From positions 44,454,001 through 44,518,000 of the forward strand of contig OZ024754.1 in NCBI GenBank assembly GCA_964016885.1: 64,000 nt of DNA, read 5' to 3'. Made by a program: the position numbers and the translations under genes. Positions 46,991-60,563 of this stretch are shown piece after piece; position 1 is the stretch's first letter; each line of letters starts with the position of its first letter. The notes under the pieces were generated by a model that saw only the letters and a list, made by a program, of their open reading frames with translations, did not search any database and had not been told where the DNA came from. The DNA comes from Eledone cirrhosa. Lineage: Eukaryota.

Positions 46991-49900
46991 CACCCACACA
47001 CACATATATATATATATATACTAGCTGAATTACCCGTGCCTTGCTGTGTTTCACACATTCTTTTTGTAAGAAAATGATGATTGATTTTAAATCAGTAATA
47101 TAATTTATAGAGAAAAACTCCATTAGGGTGTCTTAATATTATTGAAATTTGCTGAAATTTTGTGAATAGGCATCATATCTTGTCATTTACCTATGGTTTA
47201 AATTTCATATAAATCGAAGGGAAAAATTTTCAGCAGGGGTTTTCAGTGGGGGTTTGTGCCCCCAGGGAACCCTTTGATTAAAATGAAATATACTTATCCA
47301 AGTACCTTGGGCAAAGTAGTTTCAGAATATATATGGTTATGGGGGTCTATCTCCAAAACCATAGGAGGAGTTCATGAACAAACAAACAATCAGACAGGAA
47401 CTACAACTTTATATATATCATCATCATAATCATCATCGTTTAACGTCCATATTCCACGCTTGCATGGGTTTGGACGGGAGTTTTCCCACTTGAGGTAAGA
47501 GTGGTTGTCGTGCTCGCATAGGACTGTCTGGCGGGTTTTCTACGGCTGGATGCCCTTCCTAACACCAACGACATTTACAGTGTGGAACTGGGAGGTTTTT
47601 ACCATGTTACCTACACGGCCACATTACAGCGTGGACTGTGTGTTTTTTTGTCGTGACACCTACACGACCTCATTTGTAGGTGTATATATAGATATATATC
47701 ACCATCATCATCATTTTACGTCCGCTTTTCCCTGCTTCCAAGAGTGGGATGGGTCCTATTCAGCACAGCATCTCTCCACTTGTCATGGTCCTTCATCATC
47801 TCCTCGGTGAGTTTCAGCGATCTGAGGTCTGCTCTCACCACCTCCGCCCATGTTTTACGTGGTCTTCCTCTACTGCGTCTTCCTTCTACTGGGATTTCTT
47901 CGCACTTCTTTACTCAGCGGTCATATATGTGTGTGTGTGTGTGTGTATGTGCAGGTATTTGTGTGTATGTGCAGGTATTTGTGTGTGTCTGCATATATTA
48001 TATAAATCTGTGTATATATTTGTTTACTCATGCATAACTACCTCTCAATGAAGGCATGACAGCAATGAAGATAAAACAAACAACGTTCTCCAGTAATACA
48101 CATGTGGCCACCACCACTAAACTATATAGACTGGGTTAAATTATACTCAAAAGATGATATGGTGGCTAGAATGCTTTTGATCCGTGGTCTGCTCTGTGAT
48201 CAGATGTGACAACAGTCACAGTTACAAAGATATCAGTGACTACACAAAAGGTCTTACCTGCAATATATCAGTGTCATGAGCTTTTCGTTGACCTAGAAGT
48301 GTCCCAGCTCTGATGTCAAGGACTGTGACAATCCCAGAAGAGAAGGCCACAGCAACCCAGTTACTGTCTGGGCTTACTGTCACTGATCTGATCACACCTG
48401 CAACAAAGAGAAGAAGAGATCACAGCCATAATAAACTGTCTGTGAGTGTGTGTGAATGAAAGGGTGTGCCTGTATGTGAAGAAAAGGGTATATGTGCATG
48501 TGTATATGTGTGTATGTATGTGTGCAGTTATTGTTTATATATGAATGTGCAGGTGTTTATGTAAATCAGAGATTCTCTAAGTGGGCGCTACCCTGAGGAG
48601 CATTGAGAAGGTCCAGGGGGCGCTGTGACCCAAGGGGTGGTTGGGCTGATAGAGATGATATAATAGTATATTAAATATCAAATGATATATATTATATTTA
48701 TTTATATATATTATATTATTTATTATATATAAATTAACGATTTTATTTATTATATATTATTTACAACTTGCATGTGGGCAGGTCTCTCTGGAAATAGGGT
48801 TGTGGGTGCTGAGGGTATTACATGGCTATGAGGAGCACGGTGGCCCAAAAAGTTTGAGAACATCTGCTTTACAATATGTGGTTTTGTTTTATAGAAAGAA
48901 GGGCAGTTTTGTGTGGATTAGTATGAAAAGGGCTAAAATATATGAAAACAAATGGGTTAAACTATTTAAATAGAAACATATTGAGAAATGAGTTGACTTC
49001 TAGGAAACTAAAATACACAAACAAAACAGTCACAGTGAATTTCAGTTGAACACATACAAGATGAACATTACACCATAGCCATTTAGCTGTTATATTTTTG
49101 TACATAGAACAAACATCTAATGAAATTCTTATATAATTACCAGCTGACATGGGAGAACATTTATATTCATGGGCATAGCTACCTGTCCGCAGGTCCAAAA
49201 ACCTTTAAAAAAATGAAAATAAATTAGTTATTTTTTCTAATTTTCATCCTTTACACTGTTATATTTCGGGATGGTCATTTTGCCAATAAAAAACATGCAC
49301 TTTCACATAACTATTATAAGTTTTTGGTTATTTTGTCATAGCTCTTTTGTCACACAATCTGCGACCTCCTCAATGACTATTGGTTCTTCTCCTCTGTGTC
49401 TCCTCTTCTTTTTGGTCTTATTCTGTTTACTCAATCTTGTCTTTCTGTGGGTGGGTTTCTTTACTGCACATGCATTTGCATCTGTGCCTTTCATATGACT
49501 TGGAACTTGATATAGGCGAAAACATATAGTTTAGAAGCATATGTACATGGGCTGACCAGTCTCATTTGTACATAGAGCTATTGGCTGGCTTGACTGGATA
49601 AAATTAGGGTATTAGCTCTAACATAGCTTTGTATATGAAGTACGTAAATCTGTATATCTGGCGATATACGGTATGTTTATAAATAAACATTTTGAAAGGC
49701 TTCAGTTATAGATTTGGAAAGTGATGGCATAGCACCATCTAGTGTGTTCCACTGCCACCACTAACATCACTACTACCACTAACACCACCACCATCATCAT
49801 CACGCCCCCCCCCCCCCCACACACACATCATCACCATCCACAACCATTACCACCATCATCACCATCACAACCCCCCCCCATCATCACCATCCACAACCAT

Positions 49901-52753
49901 CACCACGATCACCACAACCACCACCACCACCATCACCACAAGCCCTCCCACAACCCCCACCCATCACCATCACCACCATATGGAAATAATACAACCTGAG
50001 AGTAGAATCATTGGTAGCCGTAATCATCATAGAACTCGGTGCTGGAATTGGTGCCAGGGCAATGACAGGGCTGTTCTTTGACGATTCCAACTGACGGACA
50101 CAGTCTCCTCGAAATGGATCCCATATCTACAAAGAAACACACAAATTATAAACATATGTGAGAGGTGAGTGAGGTCGGAGGATAATTCACTGCAAGGGAC
50201 TTGTTGCCCTTTTTTTTGAAAACTGGGAGAACAAACTGGGATAGAAGGTTTTCAGGTAGAAAACCAGCATCTGGTGAGTTCCTCTACAGATTAACAAGAG
50301 GAGTTGTTAGTTGGTATCAACAGACCTTGAGGACACAAGCAGGGAACCTATCGGGGCCTACTGCTGAATTGTGTTTAATTTCATTGATTGTCGTCTGAGA
50401 CATCAGCAGTGCCAAACCTTATGTCTGACAACAACAGTCCTCCAGTATGGGAGACAATAATGTCTGACAACAACAGTCCTCCAGTATGGGAGACAATAAT
50501 GTCTGACAACAGCAGTCCTCCAGTATGGGAGACAATAATGTCTGACAACAGCAGTCCTCCAGTATGGGAGACAATAATGTCTGACAACAGCAGTCCTCCA
50601 GTATGGGAGACAATAATGTCTGACAACAGCAGTCCTCCAGTATGGGAGACAATAATGTCTGACAACAGCAGTCCTCCAGTATGGGAGACAATAATGTCTG
50701 ACAACAACAGTCCTCCAGTATGGGAGACAATAATGTCTGACAACAGCAGTCCTCCAGTATGGGAGACAATAATGTCTGACAACAGCAGTCCTCCAGTATG
50801 GGAGACAATAATGTCTGACAACAACAGTCCTCCAGTATGGGAGACAATAATGTCTGACAACAGCAGTCCTCCAGTATGGGAGACAATAATGTCTGACAAC
50901 AGCAGTCCTCCAGTATGGGAGACAATAATGTCTGACAACAGCAGTCCTCCAGTATGGGAGACAATAATGTCTGACAACAGCAGTCCTCCAGTATGGGAGA
51001 CAATAATGTCTGACAACAACAGTCCTCCAGTATGGGAGACAATAATGTCTGACAACAACAGTCCTCCAGTATGGGAGACAATAATGTCTGACAACAACAG
51101 TCCTCCAGTATGGGAGACAATAATATGCATATGTTTCTATGTGTGTGTGCATGTTTTTGTCTGTTTCTGTTGTGTATGTGCATATGTTTGTACGTGTGTG
51201 TGTGTGTGCATGTTACTACTCATGAATGCGTTACCTACATGGACAGTACTGTCACTGGAAGCAACCAGCCGAACACTCTCCAAGAATCCGACACTGAATA
51301 CGGACTTCTTGTGCAACCGATAGGTCCACTGACAGCCGCACCTACAACAACAACAACAACACGTTATCACTACATCATCATCATCATTACAACCACCACC
51401 ACCATCAGCATCACCACCTCCACCACCACCACCATCAGCATCACCACCTCCACCACCACCACCATCAGCATCACCACCTCCACCACCACCACCACCACCA
51501 TCATCACCATCATCATTGTTTAATGTCCATTTTTCCATGCTAGCATGGGTTAGACCAAAGGTTCTCAAAGTGGCCTCAACCCCCCCCCCCCCAGGGGGTG
51601 TTGAGAAAGTCCAGAAGGTGCTGAGGCCTAAAGGGTGGAGTGGGTGGTAGAGATGATATAATAGTATATTAAATATCAAATGATATATATTATATATAAA
51701 TATAGTAAAATATTTTATTGTGACACCAACACTAAAACTTTACAGAGTGTACTGGGTGTATTTTATCATGACATCAGCACTACCTCTTTACAGAGTGGAC
51801 TGGGTGTATTTTATTGTGACACCAGCATTACGACTTTACAAAGTGGACTGGGTGTATTTTATTGTGACACCAGCACTTTCACTTTACAGAGTGGACTGGG
51901 TGTATTATATCATGACACCAACACTACCGCATTATAGTGTGGACTAGGTGTATTTTATTGTCACCAACACTACCACTTTACAGAGTGGACTGGGTGTATT
52001 TTATTGTGACACCAACACTACCACTTTACAGAGTGGACTAGGTGTATTTTATTGTGTCACCAACACTAGAGAGGTAAAAACTTACTTTCCAGATCCATTT
52101 CCAAAGCTAGTTAGTGACCACAACTTTACGGTTTTGTCTTTGCTAGCACTGATAAAGGAGCTTTCACTGTCTAACACACACAGAGACCTGATACTGGTGT
52201 TGTGGCCTGCAAAACAGTAACAATCATATAGTCATAATGTGGAAGTTGAGAGTATTTATGTGAACAGTTTCACTTAAGTCTGCATTACCAGTGGTTTTGA
52301 GATGAAAAACAGATCTACCACAAATATACTTGAATATAAAGCAAGGAATATGTGACACCCAAAAATTGGTGGTGAAATGGGGAGTGAGGTCGGCTTATAT
52401 CCAAGTGTATACGGTAAGTCATTCTTTTCTTTGTTTTTGTGCCTCTCCTTTGTTCTGTCCTACACCATCACACACACAAAAACAAGATGGCATAGGACAG
52501 AACAAAGGAGAGGCACAAAAACAAAGAAAAGAATCCCCAGTCACTGAAGAGGTCACAGAATACGTGACGAAAGAACTTTGACAATATATAAACAATCATC
52601 TGGTTGTGGAACCAACCAACCAACAGGAAATTTATAAATTCCTAAATTTATAAATTTATTATAATAAATTGAAGTGAAAGCAACTGGTGCGTGTGTTTCT
52701 TATTGGCAACATGACCCTCCCAAAGTATAACAATATATATATATAGAGAGAGG

Positions 52754-52784
<31 letters not shown>

Positions 52785-55700
52785 TTACAAAAATATTATT
52801 AAAATTAAAAACACCATAATCCAGATGAGTGGGAATAACATTCATTGTGTAACAAACGCTTACACATGTTTCATCGTATGCATTACATATAAGTGTTGGA
52901 TCGCTAATATTTGATTATTTAAATCAAATTAACTACCATCCATCTACTTAAATAACAATATGTAGGAGAGGGAGGGAGAGAGAGAGAGAGATACTTACCT
53001 AAGAAGGTCTGTAGTTTGATGTGTTTGAAGTTGAATGCTGCTCTCCTGTTACTGAGCCCTGCATAAATAGATAACAACAGATCAGTGATACAATACCAGT
53101 TGGGATATATGGCACTGAGCCCTGCATAAATAGATAACAACAGATCAGTGATACAATACCAGTTGGGATATATGGCACTGAGCAATGTATATATAGATAA
53201 CAGTAGATGTAGACTCTGCTAAAGAAATAACAAGAATATTTATATATATACCCAGTTCATGTTCCCAGTAGGCTAACCAATTGCCTCGTAGGTGACGCTG
53301 GTTATTCACTTCCATTTCAGGGCTGGAAATATAAATATTGACATAAAACCACATGCTAAAGTATTGTACCCAGCCCACACTGTAAAGTGGTCATGTAGGT
53401 GTCACAACAAAAGGTACCCAGTCCACACTGTAAAATGGTCATGTAGGTGTCACAACAAAAGGTACCCAGTCCACACTGTAAATTGGTCATGTAGGTGTCA
53501 CAACAAAAGGTACCCAGTCCACACTGTAAAGTGGTCATGTAGGTGTCACAACAAAAAGTACCCAGTCCACACTGTAAAGTGGTCATGTAGGTGTCACAAC
53601 AAAAAGTACCCAGACCACACTGTAAAGTGGTCATGTAGGTGTCACAACAAAAAGTACCCAGACCACACTGTAAAGTGGTCATGTAGGTGTCACAACAAAA
53701 AGTACCCAGACCACACTGTAAAGTGGTCATGTAGGTGTCACAACAAAAAGTACCCAGACCACACTGTAAAGTGGTCATGTAGGTGTCACAACAAAAAGTA
53801 CCCAGACCACACTGTAAAGTGGTCATGTAGGTGTCACAATAAAAGGTACCCAGTCCACACTGTAAAGTGGTCATGTAGGTGTCACAACAAAAAGTACCCA
53901 GACCACACTGTAAAGTGGTCATGTAGGTGTCACAATAAAAGGTACCCAGTCCACACTGTAAAGTGGTCATGTAGGTGTCACAACAAAAAGTACCCAAACC
54001 ACACTGTAAAGTGGTCATGTAGGTGTCACAACAAAAAGTACCCAGACCACACTGTAAAGTGGTCATGTAGGTGTCACAATAAAAGGTACCCAGTCCACAC
54101 TGTAAAGTGGTCATGTAGGTGTCACAACAAAAAGTACCCAGACCACACTGTAAAGTGGTCATGTAGGTGTCACAACAAAAAGTACCCAGACCACACTGTA
54201 AAGTGGTCATGTAGGTGTCACAACAAAAAGTACCCAGACCACACTGTAAAGTGGTCATGTAGGTGTCACAATAAAAGGTACCCAGTCCACACTGTAAAGT
54301 GGTCATGTAGGTGTCACAACAAAAAGTACCCAGACCACACTGTAAAGTGGTCATGTAGGTGTCACAATAAAAGGTACCCAGTCCACACTGTAAAGTGGTC
54401 ATGTAGGTGTCACAACAAAAAGTACCCAAACCACACTGTAAAGTGATCATGTAGGTGTCACAACAAAAAGTACCCAGACCACACTGTAAAGTGGTCATGT
54501 AGGTGTCACAATAAAAGGTACCCAGTCCACACTGTAAAGTGGTCATGTAGGTGTCACAACAAAAAGTACCCAGACCACACTGTAAAGTGGTCATGTAGGT
54601 GTCACAATAAAAGGTACCCAGTCCACACTGTAAAGTGGTCATGTAGTTGTCACAACAAAAAGTACCCAGTCCACACTGTAAAGTGGTCATGTAGGTGTCA
54701 CAACAAAAAGTACCCAGTCCACACTGTAAAGTGGTCATGTAGTTGTCACAACAAAAAGTACCCAGTCCACACTGTAAAGTGGTCATGTAGGTGTCACAAC
54801 AAAAAGTACCCAGTCCACACTGTAAAGTGGTCATGTAGTTGTCACAACAAAAAGTACCCAGACCACACTGTAAAGTGGTCATGTAGGTGTCACAACAAAA
54901 AGTACCCAGTCCACACTGTAAAGTGGTCATGTAGGTGTCACAACAAAAAGTACCCAGACCACACTGTAAAGTGGTCATGTAGGTGTCACAATAAAAGGTA
55001 CCCAGTCCACACTGTAAAGTGGTCATGTAGGTGTCACAACAAAAAGTACCCAGACCACACTGTAAAGTGGTCATGTAGGTGTCACAATAAAAGGTACCCA
55101 GTCCACACTGTAAAGTGGTCATGTAGTTGTCACAACAAAAAGTACCCAGTCCACACTGTAAAGTGGTCATGTAGGTGTCACAACAAAAAGTACCCAGTCC
55201 ACACTGTAAAGTGGTCATGTAGTTGTCACAACAAAAAGTACCCAGTCCACACTGTAAAGTGGTCATGTAGGTGTCACAACAAAAAGTACCCAGTCCACAC
55301 TGTAAAGTGGTCATGTAGTTGTCACAACAAAAAGTACCCAGACCACACTGTAAAGTGGTCATGTAGGTGTCACAACAAAAAGTACCCAGTCCACACTGTA
55401 AAGTGGTCATGTAGTTGTCACAACAAAAAGTACCCAGACCACACTGTAAAGTGGTCATGTAGGTGTCACAACAAAAAGTACCCAGTCCACACTGTAAAGT
55501 GGTCATGTAGGTGTCACAACAAAAAGTACCCAGTCCACACTGTAAAGTGGTCATGTAGGTGTCACAACAAAAAGTACCCAGTCCACACTGTAAAGTGGTC
55601 ATGTAGGTGTCACAACAAAAAGTACCCAGTCCACACTGTAAAGTGGTCATGTAGGTGTCACAACAAAAAGCACCCAGTCCACACTGTAAAGTGGTCATGT

Positions 55701-58226
55701 AGTTGTCACAACAAAAAGCACCCAGTCCACACTGTAAAGTGGTCATGTAGGTGTCACAACAAAAAGTACCCAGTCCACACTGTAAAGTGGTCATGTAGGT
55801 GTCACAACAGAAAGTACCCAGTCTACCCTGTAAAGTGGTCATGTAGTTGTCACAACAAAAAGCACACAGTCCATACTGTAAAGTGGTCATGTAGTTGTCA
55901 CAATAAAAAGTACCTGGTCCTCACTATAAAGTGGTCATGTAGGTGTCACAAGAACAAGTATCCAGCCCACACTGTAAAGTGGTCATGTAGGTGTCACAAC
56001 AAAAAGTACCCAGTCCACACTGTAAAGTGGTCATGTAGGTGTCACAACAAAAAGTACCCAGTCCACACTGTAAAGTGGTCATGTAGGTGTCACAACAAAA
56101 AGCACACAGTCCATACTGTAAAGTGGTCATGTAGGTGTCACAACAAAAAGTACCCAGTCCACACTGTAAAGTGGTCATGTAGTTGTCATAACAAAAAGCA
56201 CACAGTCCATACTGTAAAGTGGTCATGTAGGTGTCACAACAAAAAGCACACAGTCCATACTGTAAAGTGGTCATGTAGTTGTCACAACAAAAAGCACACA
56301 GTCCATACTGTAAAGTGGTCATGTAGGTGTCACAACAAAAAGCACACAGTCCACACTGTAAAGTGGTCATGTAGTTGTCACAACAAAAAGCACACAGTCC
56401 ACACTGTAAAGTGGTCATGTAGGTGTCACAACAAAAAGTACCCAGTCCACACTGTAAAGTGGTCATGTAGTTGTCACAACAAAAAGCACCCAGTCCACAC
56501 TGTAAAGTGGTCATGTAGGTGTCACAACAAAAAGTACCCAGTCCACACTGTAAAGTGGTCATGTAGTTGTCACAACAAAAAGCACACAGTCCATACTGTA
56601 AAGTGGTCATGTAGGTGTCACAACAAAAAGCACACAGTCCACACTGTAAAGTGGTCATGTAGGTGTCACAACAAAAAGTACCCAGTCCACACTGTAAAGT
56701 GGTCATGTAGTTGTCATAACAAAAAGCACACAGTCCATACTGTAAAGTGGTCATGTAGGTGTCACAACAAAAAGTACCCAGTCCACACTGTAAAGTGGTC
56801 ATGTAGGTGTCACAACAAAAAGTACCCAGTCCACACTGTAAAGTGGTCATGTAGGTGTCACAACAAAAAGCACACAGTCCATACTGTAAAGTGGTCATGT
56901 AGGTGTCACAACAAAAAGCACACAGTCCATACTGTAAAGTGGTCATGTAGGTGTCACAACAAAAAGCACACAGTCCATACTGTAAAGTGGTCATGTAGGT
57001 GTCACAACAAAAAGTACCCAGTCCACACTGTAAAGTGGTCATGTAGTTGTCACAACAAAAAGCACCCAGTCCATACTGTAAAGTGGTCATGTAGGTGTCA
57101 CAACAAAAAGTACCCAGTCCACACTGTAAAGTGGTCATGTAGGTGTCACAACAAAAAGTACCCAGTCCACACTGTAAAGTGGTCATGTAGGTGTCACAAC
57201 AAAAAGTACCCAGTCCATACTGTAAAGTGGTCATGTAGTTGTCATAACAAAAAGCACACAGTCCATACTGTAAAGTGGTCATGTAGGTGTCACAACAAAA
57301 AGTACCCAGTCCACACTGTAAAGTGGTCATGTAGTTGTCACAACAAAAAGCACACAGTCCATACTGTAAAGTGGTCATGTAGGTGTCACAACAAAAAGCA
57401 CACAGTCCATACTGTAAAGTGGTCATGTAGGTGTCACAACAAAAAGCACACAGTCCATACTGTAAAGTGGTCATGTAGGTGTCACAACAAAAAGCACACA
57501 GTCCACACTGTAAAGTGGTCATGTAGGTGTCACAACAAAAAGCACACAGTCCATACTGTAAAGTGGTCATGTAGGTGTCACAACAAAAAGCACACAGTCC
57601 ATACTGTAAAGTGGTCATGTAGGTGTCACAACAAAAAGCACACAGTCCATACTGTAAAGTGGTCATGTAGGTGTCACAACAAAAAGCACCCAGTCCACAC
57701 TGTAAAGTGGTCATGTAGGTGTCACAACAAAAAGCACCCAGTCCACACTGTAAAGGTGTCCCAACAAAAAGCACCCAAAGTGTGTGTATGCGTATGGGTG
57801 TGTATATATATGCATTTTTGTGTATGTGTGTGTGTGTGTATGTGTGTGAATCTGTGTATGGGTATGTATATATGTGTATATGGTTGTGTGTATGGGTGTG
57901 TGTGTATATGTATTTTTATGCCTGTGTGTGTGTGTGAGTGTGTGCATCACATACACTCCATCTCATTATCTCACTTACTTTTTGAGATCTTCCTGTCCAA
58001 TATGAAGTATTCCGGTGTGTTTAAAACCTGGACTGACCGCGGGTACCTCCGGATGTCCACTGTTCAGTTGGTGTTGAAGTTCTATCCTGTTGCCAACCAC
58101 TGCAACATTGCTTCCAATCCCACCATGGGGCGGCACTGACTCTTTAGCCTTCTCCAGTGTGCTCTCCACTGTTATCAGAGAGATGATGGAATTATGGTGA
58201 GTCGGTGAGAGGGGGGGAGAAAGTGG

Positions 58227-58257
<31 letters not shown>

Positions 58258-60532
58258 TGAGAGAGAGGGGCAAGAAAGAGGGAGAGAGACAGTGAGAGAG
58301 GGAGAGAGAAAGAGACAGTGAGAGAGGGGGAGAGAGACAGTGAGAGAGAGGGGCGAGAAAGAGGGCGAGAGACAGTGAGAGAGAGGGAGAGAGAAAGAGA
58401 CAGTGAGAGAAAGAGAGAGAGAGAGAGAGGAAGAGAGAGAGAGAAAGTGGGAGAGAGGGAGAGAGAAAGAGTTCATCAAATATAAACAAGATATGTAGTA
58501 ATAATAATTGTTTCTACTTTTGGCACAAGGCCAGCAATTACCCAGTGTATTACTGGTACTTTATTTTATCGACCCCGTAAGGATGAAAGGCAAAGTAAAC
58601 CTGGGCGGGATTTGAACTCAGACCGTAAAGGGCCGTAACTCTATGCTGCAAAGCATGGCGTCCAACCCTCTACCGATACTGCCAACGCACAACCCTATGA
58701 TAACAATAATTGTTTTTACTTTAGCCACAAGGCCAGCAATATGAAGAGGGGGGGGGGTCAATTAAATCAACCCCAGTGCATTACTGGTACTTTATGTGAA
58801 ATAGTTGGAACTGACTTACTAGTTTTAGACCCACTTGGTGTCTCAAGGTCAGGGGTCACACCTGAAATAAAGACAAAATTAATTCAATGTTACCTGTTAA
58901 TTCTCTCACCTCTTTCTGTTGAAACCAGCCGTAACTGGCCACTCATACTGATGTTAAGGTATTGTTCTCAAAATAAATAACATCAAAATCTCATAGATTC
59001 AATATTATGTGAAATAAATGTGAGACGGATGGTTAACGTGACGGATGGTTAACGTGACGGATGGTTAACGTGACGGATGGTTAATGTGACAGATGGTTAA
59101 TGTGACAGATGGTTAACATGATGGTCCACGCTGTAATGTGGCCGTGTAGGTAACACGGTAAAAACCTCCCAGTCCACACTGTAAACGTGGTTGGTGTTAG
59201 GAAGGGCATCCAGCCGTAGAAAACCCGCCAGACAGTCCTATACGAACAAGACAATCAATCTTGCCTCAAGTGGGAAAATTCCCATCCAAACCCACACTAA
59301 CGAGGAAGATGGACGTTAAATGATGATGATGATGATGATGATGATGGTTAAGATGATGGATGGTTAATGTGACAGATGAATGTCTAGCATGATTTGATGG
59401 TTAAGCTACTTACCTTCAATGGATGAATCAAAAGACTGACTGAGTGCTGAAGATGGTAATTTATCCAGTGTGCTGTCATATTGACTACACAACTGTCGAA
59501 TTAAATCATCATTCCACAGAGACTGTTCCATGTGGATGCTGGGGAGAGAATTGGTAAGAAACCAAGAACAGACAATCACAAATTAATACGGAATTTTAAT
59601 AATTATTTCTAACATAAACACAAAGACAGTAATTTCTTTTATTGGGAGAGGGTTTTGACGATATCAAGCCCTGTACATGACATATATTTTAGTTTATTAA
59701 CCCTGGAAGGATGAAAAGGCAAAGTGGACCATGGCAGAATTTGAACTCAGGAAATCAAGTGTTGGAACAAACACCTTAACCCTTTAGCATTTAAACTGGC
59801 TGTATCTGGTCAGAATTCTCTCACCTTTTTCTGTTCAAACCGGCCATAACCAGCCACTTGTACTGATGTTAAGGTATTGTTCTCAAAATAAATAATATCA
59901 AAATCTCATAGATTCAATATTATGTGAGATAATTATGTGAGGTAAAACCTTTACCATGAAAATATAGTAGTATATATGTTGTTGTTGTTGTTGTTGTTGT
60001 TACAGATCACACCTGTCAGGTTTAGCTGGCCTCCTCCAAGGTATATCTCGTTGGAGGTGTCTTGGGTGATTTAATGATAGGGACCCCAGTCCTATCATCT
60101 CATTTCTACAGCTGAGTAAACTGGAGCAACATGAAATAAAGAGTCTTGCTCAAGGAAACAACACATCACCCGGTCCGAGAATTGAACTCACAACCTTTCA
60201 ATTGCAAGCCCAATGCTCTAACCACTAAGCCATGCACTTGACAGATATTTTATTTTATTAACCTTGGAAGGATGAAAGGTAAAGTGGACCATGGCAGGAT
60301 TTGAACTCAAGAAATAGGTGGGGGTCTTTTACAACACACTGCAACTATGTGAAGCTATATTGGACTCACCTGCCAAATATTTGACATAGTGGGATATATG
60401 CTGCATGAGCCAGCTCAGGTGAGAATACATCCTTCATCTCCTGTTTCACATGTTCCGGCTGCTTATCTATGGTACTGTTCAAAGGCAATGGGCTGATGCT
60501 ATAGTCTGGTAAATCGGGGAAGAAAAGAAAAG

Positions 60533-60563
<31 letters not shown>

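Noticed and set aside
50381-51323. Four overlapping 249-311 aa ORFs
   Set aside because: A 39-bp intronic minisatellite open in several frames on both strands, with no unique coding flanks.
53292-57774. 844-aa, 616-aa and 384-aa Cys-rich repetitive ORFs
   Set aside because: Translations of a 48-bp (16-codon) minisatellite inside a WDR81 intron, with the unit derived from a SINE-like element.
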